Positions 28,427-37,802 of a stretch of DNA of 64,000 nucleotides are shown in pieces. How positions within the stretch are numbered: position 1 is the first letter of the stretch; every line of letters starts with the position of its first letter. Source of the DNA: an uncultured virus (IMG/VR IMGVR_UViG_3300005193_000001) (Duplodnaviria; Heunggongvirae; Uroviricota; Caudoviricetes); the IMG/VR virus record IMGVR_UViG_3300005193_000001, positions 62,001-126,000 of that record. The stretch is one strand, 5' to 3'. The notes under the pieces were generated by a model that saw nothing but the letters and a program-made list of their open reading frames with translations, was not told the DNA's origin and ran no database searches. A program made the translations under genes and the position numbers.

Positions 28427-28720
28427 GTGGAATTTTCCGTTTTCGTTGTAGCCGTAGTTATCTTAGGCACTCTCGTTGTGCCGAGAGCTACGTTTGTCAT
28501 TTTCTGGTTGTGTGCTACCGAAGTTGTAAGTGGTGTCTTCGCGGGTCACGAGATCATGGCCGCTTTCGCCTGGATCTTTTTTCCGACCGCTTTGATGACG
28601 GTTTTTCTCGTAGAATCTTTGTTTCCGGAAATGTCTGCTGCATTATATGTCCTTTTAATCTTCATGGCAGTCGCTAACGATTTAGAAGAACAAAGCAAAA
28701 GATACAATGACAGTTTCTAG
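28427..28720 (+). CDS. Small membrane protein
   Basis: Hydrophobic 97 aa ORF with GTG start. Confidence 0.5.
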   Translation: MEFSVFVVAVVILGTLVVPRATFVIFWLCATEVVSGVFAGHEIMAAFAWIFFPTALMTVFLVESLFPEMSAALYVLLIFMAVANDLEEQSKRYNDSF

Positions 28721-28952
28721 AGAAAAAATACGAAAATGGCTCGATAGGAGATCAGATGCCAAGTATATGACGATCCACAGCGATAATTTCTCCTACGAGT
28801 ATTATCCGTCTTATGTTTCTTCTGACGAAGAACTGGAAGACGAGATCAAAGAGGCAAGAGAGCGGAACATGCATTCTATCAAAGAAATCTACTGTTACGA
28901 CGACGATATCGAGCAACAACTGGATGAAAACAAGACTTGGCATTCACCATGA
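28707..28952 (+). CDS. Hypothetical phage protein
   Basis: Acidic ORF; DNFSYEYYPSYV. Confidence 0.6.
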   Translation: MTVSREKIRKWLDRRSDAKYMTIHSDNFSYEYYPSYVSSDEELEDEIKEARERNMHSIKEIYCYDDDIEQQLDENKTWHSP

Positions 28953-29179
28953 AAGGACTTTTAGAGGATTTAAAAGAAAGGATAAACGTTAACACTCGTG
29001 CTCGTACGCGGATAAAGAGAATGAAGAGAGACGAGCCTCTTCCCATCGAGCAGGTGCACGAGAACGCGCCCGAGTCTTGCAGAGACAGGGTTCGGTATCA
29101 CAGGAATCTCTATCGCTACAAGATAGTCTACAAACGAACTCGGATTCCTCTTCTTGACCCAAGGCTGGAAGACCTCTAG
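28949..29179 (+). CDS. Hypothetical basic protein
   Basis: ATGA overlap with the upstream stop. Confidence 0.5.
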   Translation: MKGLLEDLKERINVNTRARTRIKRMKRDEPLPIEQVHENAPESCRDRVRYHRNLYRYKIVYKRTRIPLLDPRLEDL

Positions 29180-29188
29180 TGACTTTGT

Positions 29189-29590
29189 TTGTCGTCAACT
29201 TCCGTTTCCAGAATGATAAAGCTTAGCAACCTTCTGCAGAATATTAAAGAATTCGGAGTGCGGATTGGAGAAAGGATGCCGTCTCTTTTGAAGTATCCCT
29301 TCGCGACTGTGTTTATCCCACTTCATTGTATCGTCGTATCTCAACTTATTGCCGATTTAGTCGTCGGACTCGGTATCATCGCTAGTGTCCTGTTTTTCAC
29401 GAAAGTGTTCGCCGTTCCTCAAGTCATTTTCATCGTCACGGTTCTGTACCACCTCTCTTGTCTCGCTCTATATCCCTTCTTTTTGGGTTTAGCTGAGACC
29501 AGCAAAAACGTGATAGGGAACACTTTGAAGGGTTACGGCTACGCCTGTCTACTTCTGCTTTTGACTTGGCTCATGCTACCTCTCTTTTAA
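29189..29590 (+). CDS. Membrane protein
   Basis: Several hydrophobic segments; start uncertain. Confidence 0.5.
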   Translation: MSSTSVSRMIKLSNLLQNIKEFGVRIGERMPSLLKYPFATVFIPLHCIVVSQLIADLVVGLGIIASVLFFTKVFAVPQVIFIVTVLYHLSCLALYPFFLGLAETSKNVIGNTLKGYGYACLLLLLTWLMLPLF

Positions 29591-29596
29591 CAGCTG

Positions 29597-29651
29597 CTTC
29601 ATAGGCGCTTCACATAACCTACGGAACGGCCTATATCTCTGCACGTGTAAA
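29597..29651 (+). promoter_or_regulatory. ECF-sigma-like promoter plus 11-bp tandem repeat
   Basis: CTTCA-N6-CTTCA-N9-CGGAAC-N17-GTGTAAA. Confidence 0.65.
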
Positions 29652-29695
29652 TGGATGAAGCAAGCTTTACCAACCACCAACTAAAAGAGGTCACC

Positions 29696-30061
29696 ATGAT
29701 TGGTCAGATGCGAAAGGGAGAGGACATTGAGCACTACGCAGACAAGAAGGAGGAACAGGAAGCCGTTCTGCGTCGGGAGAACCTGCTCGATGCCCTCAAC
29801 GTTGTCGATTCACAGGGCAATTGGATTTTGGGAGAGATCTTCGGCTACGGATTCAACGCCAAGGTCTACACCGAAGCCAACGAGAACTACGGCATCACTT
29901 CTCACGGTGCCGATGGTCACATTTCGAAGCTCACGGTGAAGGAGGATGGAGAGAAGGTGGTATTCAATTATGACCGTGGTTTCGACTCCAGCGATCTTTC
30001 CGTGACCGAAGAGGCGGACATTATCGAAGCCATCGAACTTTACATCAATCGCAACCTGTAA
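29696..30061 (+). CDS. Hypothetical protein
   Basis: Likely start MIGQMR; FNAKVY...YGI...ISKLTVK...FNYDRGFD. Confidence 0.65.
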   Translation: MIGQMRKGEDIEHYADKKEEQEAVLRRENLLDALNVVDSQGNWILGEIFGYGFNAKVYTEANENYGITSHGADGHISKLTVKEDGEKVVFNYDRGFDSSDLSVTEEADIIEAIELYINRNL

Positions 30062-30062
30062 C

Positions 30063-30311
30063 ATGTCGTCGCTCTACAACGAGCCTTATCACCCGCTGAA
30101 GCCCCCGAAGTCAGAAGAGGTTCGAGACGCGAAGCTCATGACTGTCAAGAACCTCTCGGGGGTCGAATGTCGAATTCATCGGCTTTCGGACAGGTACTTC
30201 GGTGTCTTCGAGATTGAGGGCACGGTCTTCATGACCGAAGGTCACGACAACAGAGAAGATGCAGAGGAGTCGGCGGAGCAAGTCGCAAGTCTTTTTCCGG
30301 ATAATTCGTAG
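30063..30311 (+). CDS. Hypothetical protein
   Basis: Tightly packed operon ORF. Confidence 0.55.
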   Translation: MSSLYNEPYHPLKPPKSEEVRDAKLMTVKNLSGVECRIHRLSDRYFGVFEIEGTVFMTEGHDNREDAEESAEQVASLFPDNS

Positions 30312-30317
30312 GTTCCC

Positions 30318-30584
30318 ATGTTCGTCAAGTTTGGAGCCTTAGCATTTCTTGTCGTTACCGGAGCGTGTTGGGCAACTGCCCTTTGGAGAATGAACGAGCC
30401 TGGAATCCGGCTTTTCCATACCTTCGCTGGCCTCATAGTCATCGGGCCGTTCCCGCTTCTTCTCTTGTGGCTTGTGGAATACGGGCATCTTCCCGCCTAC
30501 CACGAAGGCTATGCCCTTTTGATTCCCGGAGGTCTTCTTCTAATGTTAGCTGTAGCTTTCATAGGCGACGTGTTCAATCTTTAA
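30318..30584 (+). CDS. Small membrane protein (about 3 TM)
   Basis: Hydrophobic segments. Confidence 0.55.
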   Translation: MFVKFGALAFLVVTGACWATALWRMNEPGIRLFHTFAGLIVIGPFPLLLLWLVEYGHLPAYHEGYALLIPGGLLLMLAVAFIGDVFNL

Positions 30585-30585
30585 C

Positions 30586-31275
30586 ATGGAAAAGTTAGGA
30601 ACTTACTACGGCATTAAGAAGGGCGGAATTATCAACGGCTACGGTCGTAGCACGGGTAGAATGAGCGAGTGGAACGTGTCTTCGTACTCGAAGCTCTTTG
30701 AAACGATGGGTAGTTGGGACAAGCTCAAGTTTAACTGGTATGAAGACCAAATGAGAGAGAAATTCGGTGGGACTCCCACCAAGATAGAAGTCTTCAAAGA
30801 GAAAGTGGACAGAGAAGATCTCGAAAAAGAACTTATGAACGCGAAGAAGCGCACTGCGCTGGACAAACTGAACGAAAAAGAAGCGGAAGCGCTCCGAAAC
30901 CAGATGGATTCCGAACCACCGAAAGAGCCGAACAGAAGCGCGATAACGGGAGGCTACGACGACCTTTCGTTTCGTGGTCTGGTTCCTACGAATTCGGAGG
31001 GGAAGATCATCAAGAAAGATGGCGAAGTGGGCTCTTGGAAATACAACACGTTCGAGAATCTCTTTAGGTCTCATGGAAGCAGGGGGTTCCGCGCATCTAC
31101 GCTTTCCAAAGTACTTTCAATAGCGACAAAGAACGAAGGGGACGTTATGCGCATTCTGGTCCGCATGCAAGATGCAGATTACCAGAAATTGAGGGAACTC
31201 GCTAAAGAAGCGAACGCGGAGAAAGGGAAGTCAAAACTCGATCCTCAAGAAAAAGAAGCACTCGGAATATCATGA
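30586..31275 (+). CDS. Hypothetical protein with internal duplication
   Basis: Two halves ending ALDKLNEKEAEAL and GKSKLDPQEKEAL. Confidence 0.65.
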   Translation: MEKLGTYYGIKKGGIINGYGRSTGRMSEWNVSSYSKLFETMGSWDKLKFNWYEDQMREKFGGTPTKIEVFKEKVDREDLEKELMNAKKRTALDKLNEKEAEALRNQMDSEPPKEPNRSAITGGYDDLSFRGLVPTNSEGKIIKKDGEVGSWKYNTFENLFRSHGSRGFRASTLSKVLSIATKNEGDVMRILVRMQDADYQKLRELAKEANAEKGKSKLDPQEKEALGIS

Positions 31276-31595
31276 CTCGTTACGGAGTATACCACCTGTC
31301 TCAAGATCTTTTGGAAGAAGACCCGGACCTTTACGAGAATCTGAATTTCGGGGACTTCGAAGGTTCGTTTCTGGAGATTCGGGAGCATCTGGACTTCATC
31401 GCCACTGTTGAAGATGTGGAAAGTCCGGAGGAGGTATTCGAGGCTACTCAGAACAGGGATGAGAATTGGTCCAATGAAAGTAAAGTTACGGATCTTCAAG
31501 ACGAGAGCCCACGATCCTCGATGGTGGGCGACGTCTTCGTTTCCATCAAAGGAGACGCTTACATGGTCGATATAGATGGATTCAAACGCATTTAA
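31272..31595 (+). CDS. YodL-like domain protein
   Basis: YGVYHL...PEEVFEATQN...RSSMVGDVFV...AYMVDIDGFKRI. Confidence 0.55.
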   Translation: MTRYGVYHLSQDLLEEDPDLYENLNFGDFEGSFLEIREHLDFIATVEDVESPEEVFEATQNRDENWSNESKVTDLQDESPRSSMVGDVFVSIKGDAYMVDIDGFKRI

Positions 31596-31599
31596 CACC

Positions 31600-31968
31600 A
31601 TGCCCCACTTTAACAGAACCGAAATGACGAGCGACCAGATAGATCACTATTTCGAAGTTAGAGAAGCCAGAAAAGAAAGGGGGCTTCCGGTACACATCAA
31701 GTCCAAGATTTGGGACCGAAGACGTGGGGACGAACACCCTCTTCTCGGCATGCGTCTACTCAATACTCAGAACGATGAAGAGTATGTGGTAGATGAAGTG
31801 ACGAACGAGTGGTACGACGGTTTCTTCATTGGCCTCGTGGTACGAAAGATGGGCACCAACAGCCACGGAATTCTGGTTTGGGAGAACGTAAGTAGCCGAA
31901 GTTCGTTGATAATGGAAAGTATCGAAACCGATAGAGGCAAATACGAGATTCTCGATTACGATTCCTGA
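31600..31968 (+). CDS. Hypothetical protein
   Basis: Likely start MPHFNR. Confidence 0.55.
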   Translation: MPHFNRTEMTSDQIDHYFEVREARKERGLPVHIKSKIWDRRRGDEHPLLGMRLLNTQNDEEYVVDEVTNEWYDGFFIGLVVRKMGTNSHGILVWENVSSRSSLIMESIETDRGKYEILDYDS

Positions 31969-32010
31969 GATACCCAACGACTTCTGCGCCTTGAAGGTAG
32001 AAATAACGCT

Positions 32011-32454
32011 ATGATTACCGTTCTTGCATTTATTCTCGGCGTCGGAATTCTGGCCGCCACCTTCACTCGTAGCATATATGTTACGTTGATAGCCGTAGCG
32101 TTGTCCGTTTCGGTAGGGCTCCTTTTGGCGTTCGAAGATACACCGAGAGTACCGGAACACGAGGTCGGGCGCGACGTTGTGCTGGTGGACTCTTTGACTT
32201 CGAATAGAGTTGTAACGGGGGACTTTTTCCTCGGAAACGGAGAAGTGGATACCAGAGAGCGGTATGTCTATTGGGTTCCAGATTCCACGAGAAATGAAGG
32301 CGCGATGCGTCGTCAGGTGTTGGAAAAGGAGCATGTGGAAGTAATAACTGGAGCCGAGAGCCCGAGAATTGAGTTCGTGAAGTACCAGAAGAAACCGACC
32401 TATTGGAAACTTTACACCCACGAAGTCGTAGCGCAGGTATACACTTCAAATTAA
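32011..32454 (+). CDS. Membrane-anchored protein
   Basis: Two N-terminal TM segments followed by a GDFFLGNG-containing soluble domain. Confidence 0.6.
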   Translation: MITVLAFILGVGILAATFTRSIYVTLIAVALSVSVGLLLAFEDTPRVPEHEVGRDVVLVDSLTSNRVVTGDFFLGNGEVDTRERYVYWVPDSTRNEGAMRRQVLEKEHVEVITGAESPRIEFVKYQKKPTYWKLYTHEVVAQVYTSN

Positions 32455-32582
32455 TAAGCCGCCATGAACAAAGTGTACGCGGAAGCGGTGCGAAAGAACC
32501 TGAGCGGCGAAGAAGAGGTTCAATAGGTACCACGTTGCACAGAACCCAAAAGAAACCTCAAAAAACAGACACGTGCTATTTT

Positions 32583-33044
32583 ATGACGGTTGCTGAAATC
32601 AAGTCGGAAATGAGATCGGAAGAGTACGAAGAACTGTTGGAGAAGTACTCCGATCTCATGAAGGGCCTCTTGGAAGAGGGTTTTATGATCGTAACCGAGT
32701 CTTCGTACATGGACTACCACAAAAACATAGAAAAGACTCGAACCCACCGATATCTCGGCGTTCAATGGAATGGAGAAGTTAAGAGACTAAAGTACAAAGA
32801 CGAAAAGCGAAAGTTGAGGCACTTTGCGGAGCACCAGCCATCGGATATCGTTGTACAATTTGAACCCAAAGAGTCCGGAGAAGGAGAGTTCGTGGAGGCC
32901 AAAAGACTCAGTGAATTGGAGCCGGGTGTAACCAGTCGATTGTTGACTCCACTCCTTGACACGATTCGGACGAGAGAGCAAGCAGCAAATTACTTGAAAG
33001 AGAAGAACCAGATGCTGAAAGAGTTTCTGATGAAGCTCGTGTGA
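32583..33044 (+). CDS. Hypothetical protein
   Basis: Likely start MTVAEI within track ORF 32403..33044. Confidence 0.6.
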   Translation: MTVAEIKSEMRSEEYEELLEKYSDLMKGLLEEGFMIVTESSYMDYHKNIEKTRTHRYLGVQWNGEVKRLKYKDEKRKLRHFAEHQPSDIVVQFEPKESGEGEFVEAKRLSELEPGVTSRLLTPLLDTIRTREQAANYLKEKNQMLKEFLMKLV

Positions 33045-33087
33045 AGGCCACGAAAGTCCGGAACAGCATTCGGTCTCGTGCGTGAAA
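33031..33087 (+). promoter_or_regulatory. ECF-sigma-like promoter plus 11-bp tandem repeat
   Basis: TGAAG(33031)-N6-TGAAG(33042) ... CGGAAC-N17-GTGAAA. Confidence 0.6.
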
Positions 33088-33126
33088 GATGGTGCACAAG
33101 AGAGAGAAACAAACCACCACGAGCCA

Positions 33127-33393
33127 ATGAGTCGGGATCTTTCGGACGAAGATCGTAACGCTTTCAACAATCAGGCTGATCGAGTAGTTGACGCTCTCGA
33201 CGGAGTTGAGGAAGTAGCTCGGGAAAACAACTCTCGTTCGGTTCAGGTTACTCTTTCTCGGGGAGACGAAATGGCGGAGCTCAAGGTACTGCCTCGGCAC
33301 CGCTTTCTCGCGAAGTCCTTCTTTGGTACGGAGCGCGAGACCTTTTATCGCCGTGACGATACCGCTGATTTTCTCGATGATCTTCTTCTTTGA
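33127..33393 (+). CDS. Hypothetical protein
   Basis: Likely start MSRDLS. Confidence 0.55.
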   Translation: MSRDLSDEDRNAFNNQADRVVDALDGVEEVARENNSRSVQVTLSRGDEMAELKVLPRHRFLAKSFFGTERETFYRRDDTADFLDDLLL

Positions 33394-33400
33394 TAACACG

Positions 33401-33643
33401 ATGTTTCTTCTTCTGGCGATGATTGCCGGGTCCATTATCGTTTTGGCGGCAACTTCCGGCACAGTATTTTTTCGAGGGAGCGACAAAAAATCGGAACCAG
33501 AGACAATCGACGAAATTGTAGAAGAGAAGTTCACCGACAGGCAGATAAAGAAGACCAAGATTGGGGCTGAACGCGACTTGGTTTCGAGGGAGGATAGGAA
33601 ACCAGAAACGATGCACGAAGCCCTGCTTCACTTTGCGACATAA
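33401..33643 (+). CDS. Small membrane-anchored protein
   Basis: Likely start MFLLLA; N-terminal TM. Confidence 0.5.
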   Translation: MFLLLAMIAGSIIVLAATSGTVFFRGSDKKSEPETIDEIVEEKFTDRQIKKTKIGAERDLVSREDRKPETMHEALLHFAT

Positions 33644-33670
33644 ACCACGACTTGGTTGGTGATGGCAGAG

Positions 33671-33707
33671 CGTCCTGGCGTCCCACACGGGAGGCCGGGG
33701 CGTTTCT
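33671..33707 (+). terminator. Intrinsic terminator-like hairpin ending the plus-strand accessory operon
   Basis: CGTCCTGGCGTCCC-ACAC-GGGAGGCCGGGGCG followed by TTTCT. Confidence 0.55.
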
Positions 33708-33727
33708 GTATTGGAGGATGCCGATAT

Positions 33728-33763
33728 ACAGAAAGAGGGAGCACCGTCTCCGATGCTCCCTCT
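33728..33763 (-). terminator. Intrinsic terminator after the major capsid gene
   Basis: Perfect 10-bp stem AGAGGGAGCA/TGCTCCCTCT (33734-33763) followed on the minus strand by TTCTGT. Confidence 0.7.
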
Positions 33764-33809
33764 CCGTTAATTTCCGTAAGTTCGTCCAGATCCCGGACGA
33801 GCCAAGACG

Positions 33810-35576
33810 TTACACGTTGTCGTCGTTGGCGATAACAACGAGTCCGTAGAATTCCGGACGTACAATCCTCTTGGCGTACCTCGTCATGACTCCACGGCGC
33901 GGCGTGAAGTTGTTGGGGTCGTAGACGATAGGCGTCATCATCAGTGGCACGTAAGGTGCGTAGACCGCTCCGGTTTCGAGGAAGTTCTGGCCTCTAAACC
34001 CGACGAGCATGATGTTCTCAAGCATGTACGGGTTCTTGTAGACCTGAAACCTGTTGTAGAGCGTTCCAACGCGCTGGACACCCATGGCGAAGTTGAACTC
34101 GTCGCCTCCGGTGTCGACCCTGTATCCCTCGATGCTCTCAAGGATGGTAGCAACGTCAGGGGAGCAAACGATGAAGTTAGCCCCACCTCGCATCGTCTTT
34201 TGGTGGATGCGGTTGCTGACGCGCTGGATCTTGTTCCCGAGAGTCTCGAACCACTCGTTCTTGGTTCCAGTGTGAGTACCACGGTCCTCGAACGTTCCGG
34301 TGTTCTCGTTGTACTCGTAGCCCGGAAGTGCGCTCCAGTACTCCTTCGTGAGCGCGTTCTGAATGAGCATGTCCAGAATCTCAAGGTCAATCTCCATCGA
34401 GATGTACTCCGAGAGCATGGAAGTAAGCTCCGCCTCGGCGTCAATGGAGTGGTAAGCGTTGAGGTCCTGAGCAAGCTCTGGAGTCCAGACTGCCTTGAGC
34501 TTCCTCGTCTTTGCGACGATTGGTACCTGCTCAAGGTCAAAGTCGATCTCCGGAATGTCGAGGATCTCGTATGTGTTGTTGGTTGCGTCACGGAAGCTAT
34601 CGGGACCGTGAGTATCACCACCAGCAACGTTCGGGTTAGGAGAACGATCTTCGAAGTCACCTCGGTCGGGAGCGTCAGGCTGCTCGTGCCAGATGACCGT
34701 CACGGTGTCTCCGGAGTCAAGGCCGGAAGTGACAGAGCCATCAGTGAAGTCGTCCGGGGTTCCGTTGTCGTCCCAAACGCTTTCGGAGACCTGAGCTACG
34801 AACTCCACCTCGGTGGGTCCTCCACTTTCGTTACGTGGGTTAGGCCCACCGCCAGCGTCAACCTGCCTCGTGTGACGTGGGAAGAACTGGTCAATCCTGT
34901 CGTCTTCGATAACGAAAGCTCGGTGCCCGTCCATGTCCGCCGTGTTCTCCACGTCAACCGTGACGAGAGCGAGACGGTCAAGGGTGAGGTCAAAGTCACC
35001 GTCTTCCTGAATTACGAGGTTCGGGTCAGTGCGAAGCCTCTCGTTGACGAAGCTGCCACCGAGATTGGTAAGTGCAGTGACGTCGAGAACCTCTGCGCTG
35101 TCGTCCGTACGGTCGTTGATCGAGTAACCGAAGCGTCCCTCACCGTAAAGACCTCCTTGCGGCTGCTCCTCCGTCGAGGTGTCTCCGTGTACGAAGTCAC
35201 CAGCGTTGAACTGACTCTGGCTTGTTCCGTATTTGAAATCGAGGTAGAAGATAAGGCCGGAAGGAAGGTTCATCGGCTGAACCGAGACAAACTCCTTGGC
35301 TACAATTTCACCAAAGATGCGGCGAACGAGAGGAAGAGCAACTCCGCTCCACTCCTCGCTACCTTCTGAGGTTCCGGTGCGTGTCGCCTCTTGAATTAGC
35401 TGATTATACTGGTTCTCCAGGAGGACGGCGACACCGTGTACTTCGTGATCGTCTTCGAGTCCGTCCAGGAGTCCCGTTGGTGCCCACTTGTTAACAAGCT
35501 CTCGACTCTGTTCGAGAAGAGCTTTCTGAGGTGAGCTACCCTGCGAAAATTTGGATAGATCCAACTGAGTGCTCAT
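33810..35576 (-). CDS. Major capsid protein (T4 gp23-like) with an acidic insertion
   Basis: KWAPTGLL, LLENQ, PLVRR, VSVQPMNLPSGLIFYL, AKTRKLKAVWTPELAQDLNAYHSIDAEAEL, YAPYVPL, FTPRRGVMTRYA. Confidence 0.97.
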   Translation of the reverse strand: MSTQLDLSKFSQGSSPQKALLEQSRELVNKWAPTGLLDGLEDDHEVHGVAVLLENQYNQLIQEATRTGTSEGSEEWSGVALPLVRRIFGEIVAKEFVSVQPMNLPSGLIFYLDFKYGTSQSQFNAGDFVHGDTSTEEQPQGGLYGEGRFGYSINDRTDDSAEVLDVTALTNLGGSFVNERLRTDPNLVIQEDGDFDLTLDRLALVTVDVENTADMDGHRAFVIEDDRIDQFFPRHTRQVDAGGGPNPRNESGGPTEVEFVAQVSESVWDDNGTPDDFTDGSVTSGLDSGDTVTVIWHEQPDAPDRGDFEDRSPNPNVAGGDTHGPDSFRDATNNTYEILDIPEIDFDLEQVPIVAKTRKLKAVWTPELAQDLNAYHSIDAEAELTSMLSEYISMEIDLEILDMLIQNALTKEYWSALPGYEYNENTGTFEDRGTHTGTKNEWFETLGNKIQRVSNRIHQKTMRGGANFIVCSPDVATILESIEGYRVDTGGDEFNFAMGVQRVGTLYNRFQVYKNPYMLENIMLVGFRGQNFLETGAVYAPYVPLMMTPIVYDPNNFTPRRGVMTRYAKRIVRPEFYGLVVIANDDNV

Positions 35577-35626
35577 TTTGAGTTGTGTTATTTGGTTCTA
35601 TGTAACTGTTTGAGAATTTTGTTAAT

Positions 35627-37183
35627 TTAGTCAACTAGTCCAGCAAGCTTCTGGAGTCGGTCCTTGGTATCGGCGTCCTCGTTGAGGATCTGCTTCTTGT
35701 CCTCACTTGGGGTAGTGCTTCCACCAGTCTTCTTGGAACCGAGTCCACCCTTCAGAGCTTCAACCAACTGGTCCTTCTTGGAGGACTTCCTACTCTCCTG
35801 GATTTCCTCCTGTCCGTTGTCGTTGAGATTCTCGGAAAGGGTCTTGTAGACCAACTTAGCTTCGCGAACGCTGGAGGTCTCATCAAACGATTCGATGATC
35901 CTCATCTTTTGGCGCTCGTCGAGCGTGTGCTTCTTGAATAATCTGTTGGTATAGAGGAGTTTGCTGTTGATGAGATTGACCTCATTAATCTTATTTCGCA
36001 GGATTTTGACTGCCTGTCGATGTTTCTTAAGCTCCTCTCTCAAGTTCTTGTTCTGCTGACCGCTTCGGTCAGACTCGAATAGACCGGAAACTGAAATGTC
36101 TTCCGTTACAGGCTCTTCGGAATCAATATCTCCTGTTCCGCTATCTTCCGATCCAGCGTCGTAGGGCTCAGTGGAAACGTCGAGTCCGTCACCATCTGCA
36201 ACGTCTGCTGACGTGTCGTAGGGGTCGGAGACGTTTGCTGTGCCGGGACGCTCGGGCTGGTCAACGGTACCTGATCCGAACTCATTCAGATCAATTTCAT
36301 AAACCGTCTCTTCCATTTCTTCTTCTTCTTCTTCTTCGTCTTCCATTTCCATGGCGTCCATGAACTCGTCCATGTCCATGCCAACCATGTCCATGAACTC
36401 ACCCATATCCATATCTTCCATTTCTTCCTGGTCCATCATTTCTCCGTGGCCCATCATTTCGTCGTAGTCTCCCATTCCTTCACCATGGCCCATCATTTCA
36501 TCATAGTCGCCCATGGCTTCTTCGCCATGACCTCCCATCATTTCGTCGTAGTCGCCCATGGCCTCTCCACCGTGTTCGGCTTCTCCGAGAACGTCAAGGA
36601 AGACATCAACCATTTCGTCTTCGAGTTCCTCGGAGAGTTCGTCCTCCTCTCCAAGTGCCTCTGCAATCTTGTCTACGTCACTCATGTTAGTGTTGTTTTG
36701 ATCTAATTCTGAAGTTAAGTCCTCGATGCTGTCATATCCACCTTCGAATTCGTCGGTTTCAAGGTCTTCATCATCGTACTGATGAGGGTTTTGAGAGACC
36801 TCGTCTGCAGCATCGGGGTCCGAATGTCTGTCGTCGATTGTAGCCGCTTCAAGGAATTCCATTACGGAACCCAGATTAAGCTCTTGTTGATCTGAGATAT
36901 CTTCCGTTTCCTCCATTTCCTCCTCTTCTCCTTCTTCGTCTTGCTCCTCATCTTCCATTTCATCTTCGATATCATCAAGGTCGAGTTCTACCTCTTCCCC
37001 TTCATCTTCATGGCCTTCTTCCTCTTCCATTTCTTGTTGAATGGTCTGAGAGAGCATCGACTGGAGCTTCGGAGTAAACTCTTCTTCAAGGTAGTCCTTG
37101 GCATTTTCAATTGCTGTCTGCCGAACTCTCTTGGCATCAGCAACGGACTCTCGGAAGAAATCAGAGTCTTTGTTCTTGCTCAT
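35627..37183 (-). CDS. Prohead core scaffolding protein
   Basis: ESVADAKRVRQTAIENAK..LEEEFTPKLQSML, very acidic middle, EVNLINSKLLYTNRLF, RLQKLAGL; directly upstream of MCP. Confidence 0.85.
   Translation of the reverse strand: MSKNKDSDFFRESVADAKRVRQTAIENAKDYLEEEFTPKLQSMLSQTIQQEMEEEEGHEDEGEEVELDLDDIEDEMEDEEQDEEGEEEEMEETEDISDQQELNLGSVMEFLEAATIDDRHSDPDAADEVSQNPHQYDDEDLETDEFEGGYDSIEDLTSELDQNNTNMSDVDKIAEALGEEDELSEELEDEMVDVFLDVLGEAEHGGEAMGDYDEMMGGHGEEAMGDYDEMMGHGEGMGDYDEMMGHGEMMDQEEMEDMDMGEFMDMVGMDMDEFMDAMEMEDEEEEEEEMEETVYEIDLNEFGSGTVDQPERPGTANVSDPYDTSADVADGDGLDVSTEPYDAGSEDSGTGDIDSEEPVTEDISVSGLFESDRSGQQNKNLREELKKHRQAVKILRNKINEVNLINSKLLYTNRLFKKHTLDERQKMRIIESFDETSSVREAKLVYKTLSENLNDNGQEEIQESRKSSKKDQLVEALKGGLGSKKTGGSTTPSEDKKQILNEDADTKDRLQKLAGLVD
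36432..36575 (-). repeat. Coding tandem repeat (MGDYDEMMG(G)HGE) x3 within the scaffold
   Basis: GEAMGDYDEMMGGHGEEAMGDYDEMMGHGEGMGDYDEMMGHGEMM, conserved at the DNA level. Confidence 0.9.
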
Positions 37184-37213
37184 ATCAGTCTTTGCGTTTA
37201 GTGTACGGGGTTA

Positions 37214-37310
37214 GAAGTCATTCGTGACTTCAATTACTACGAGGATGTGTTCGATACTCCGTATTGACGACGACAGAGTATTCGAGCTTGTCCTTCACCC
37301 TTTAAGTATA
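37214..37310 (-). promoter_or_regulatory. Late-type promoter motif and structured 5' leader of the scaffold-MCP operon
   Basis: TATACTTAAA at 37301-37310; hairpins at 37251-37285 and 37214-37231 (perfect GAAGTCA-N4-TGACTTC). Confidence 0.55.
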
Positions 37311-37415
37311 AAGCTCTTCACAAGCTTTTCGTTTGATGATCTTAGAGTGGTCTATCAACCCCGAGAGCATATCTTCTGATATAGCGCCCATTGTATAAAG
37401 TGTAAGATGTGGGTA

Positions 37416-37799
37416 TCAAGGCGTAGGAGGCATTCGAGCAGTTTGAAATACCCAAATGCGTGATTTCGTCGTATCGGAATCGCTGTCAAACAAAACTCTA
37501 ACGTATCGCCCGAAAGTGACGACTTCAAACGTGTTTCCGTCAACCTCAACAGTATTAGAGATAGAGACGGTCTGTTCTATATCAACTTCGTCTCCGTCAA
37601 TGGACTCCTGTATAGTGAGAGTTCCGGTAGAACCCTCGTTCACTATAATGCCAGAGATCAGGTTGTTTCCGAATGTGGCCTTCCAGCCAGAATCCAAGGT
37701 ACGACTCTCGGACATTCCATTCGGAAGCTTCTTCTTTATGAGTTTTTTGCGGGGTGGTATAACGTCAACCGACCCTCTGTTAACTTGATTGCTTGCCAT
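37416..37799 (-). CDS. Small beta-rich protein (possible head decoration)
   Basis: GTLTIQESIDG...GRYVRVLF pattern; in the head gene cluster. Confidence 0.55.
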   Translation of the reverse strand: MASNQVNRGSVDVIPPRKKLIKKKLPNGMSESRTLDSGWKATFGNNLISGIIVNEGSTGTLTIQESIDGDEVDIEQTVSISNTVEVDGNTFEVVTFGRYVRVLFDSDSDTTKSRIWVFQTARMPPTP

Positions 37800-37802
37800 G
37801 GG

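Noticed and set aside
33644..33809. Possible tRNA/ncRNA in the convergent intergenic gap
   Set aside because: No cloverleaf or T-loop motif; explained by two opposed terminator hairpins
36432..36575. Possible CRISPR-like array
   Set aside because: In-frame coding repeats without unique spacers; no cas genes
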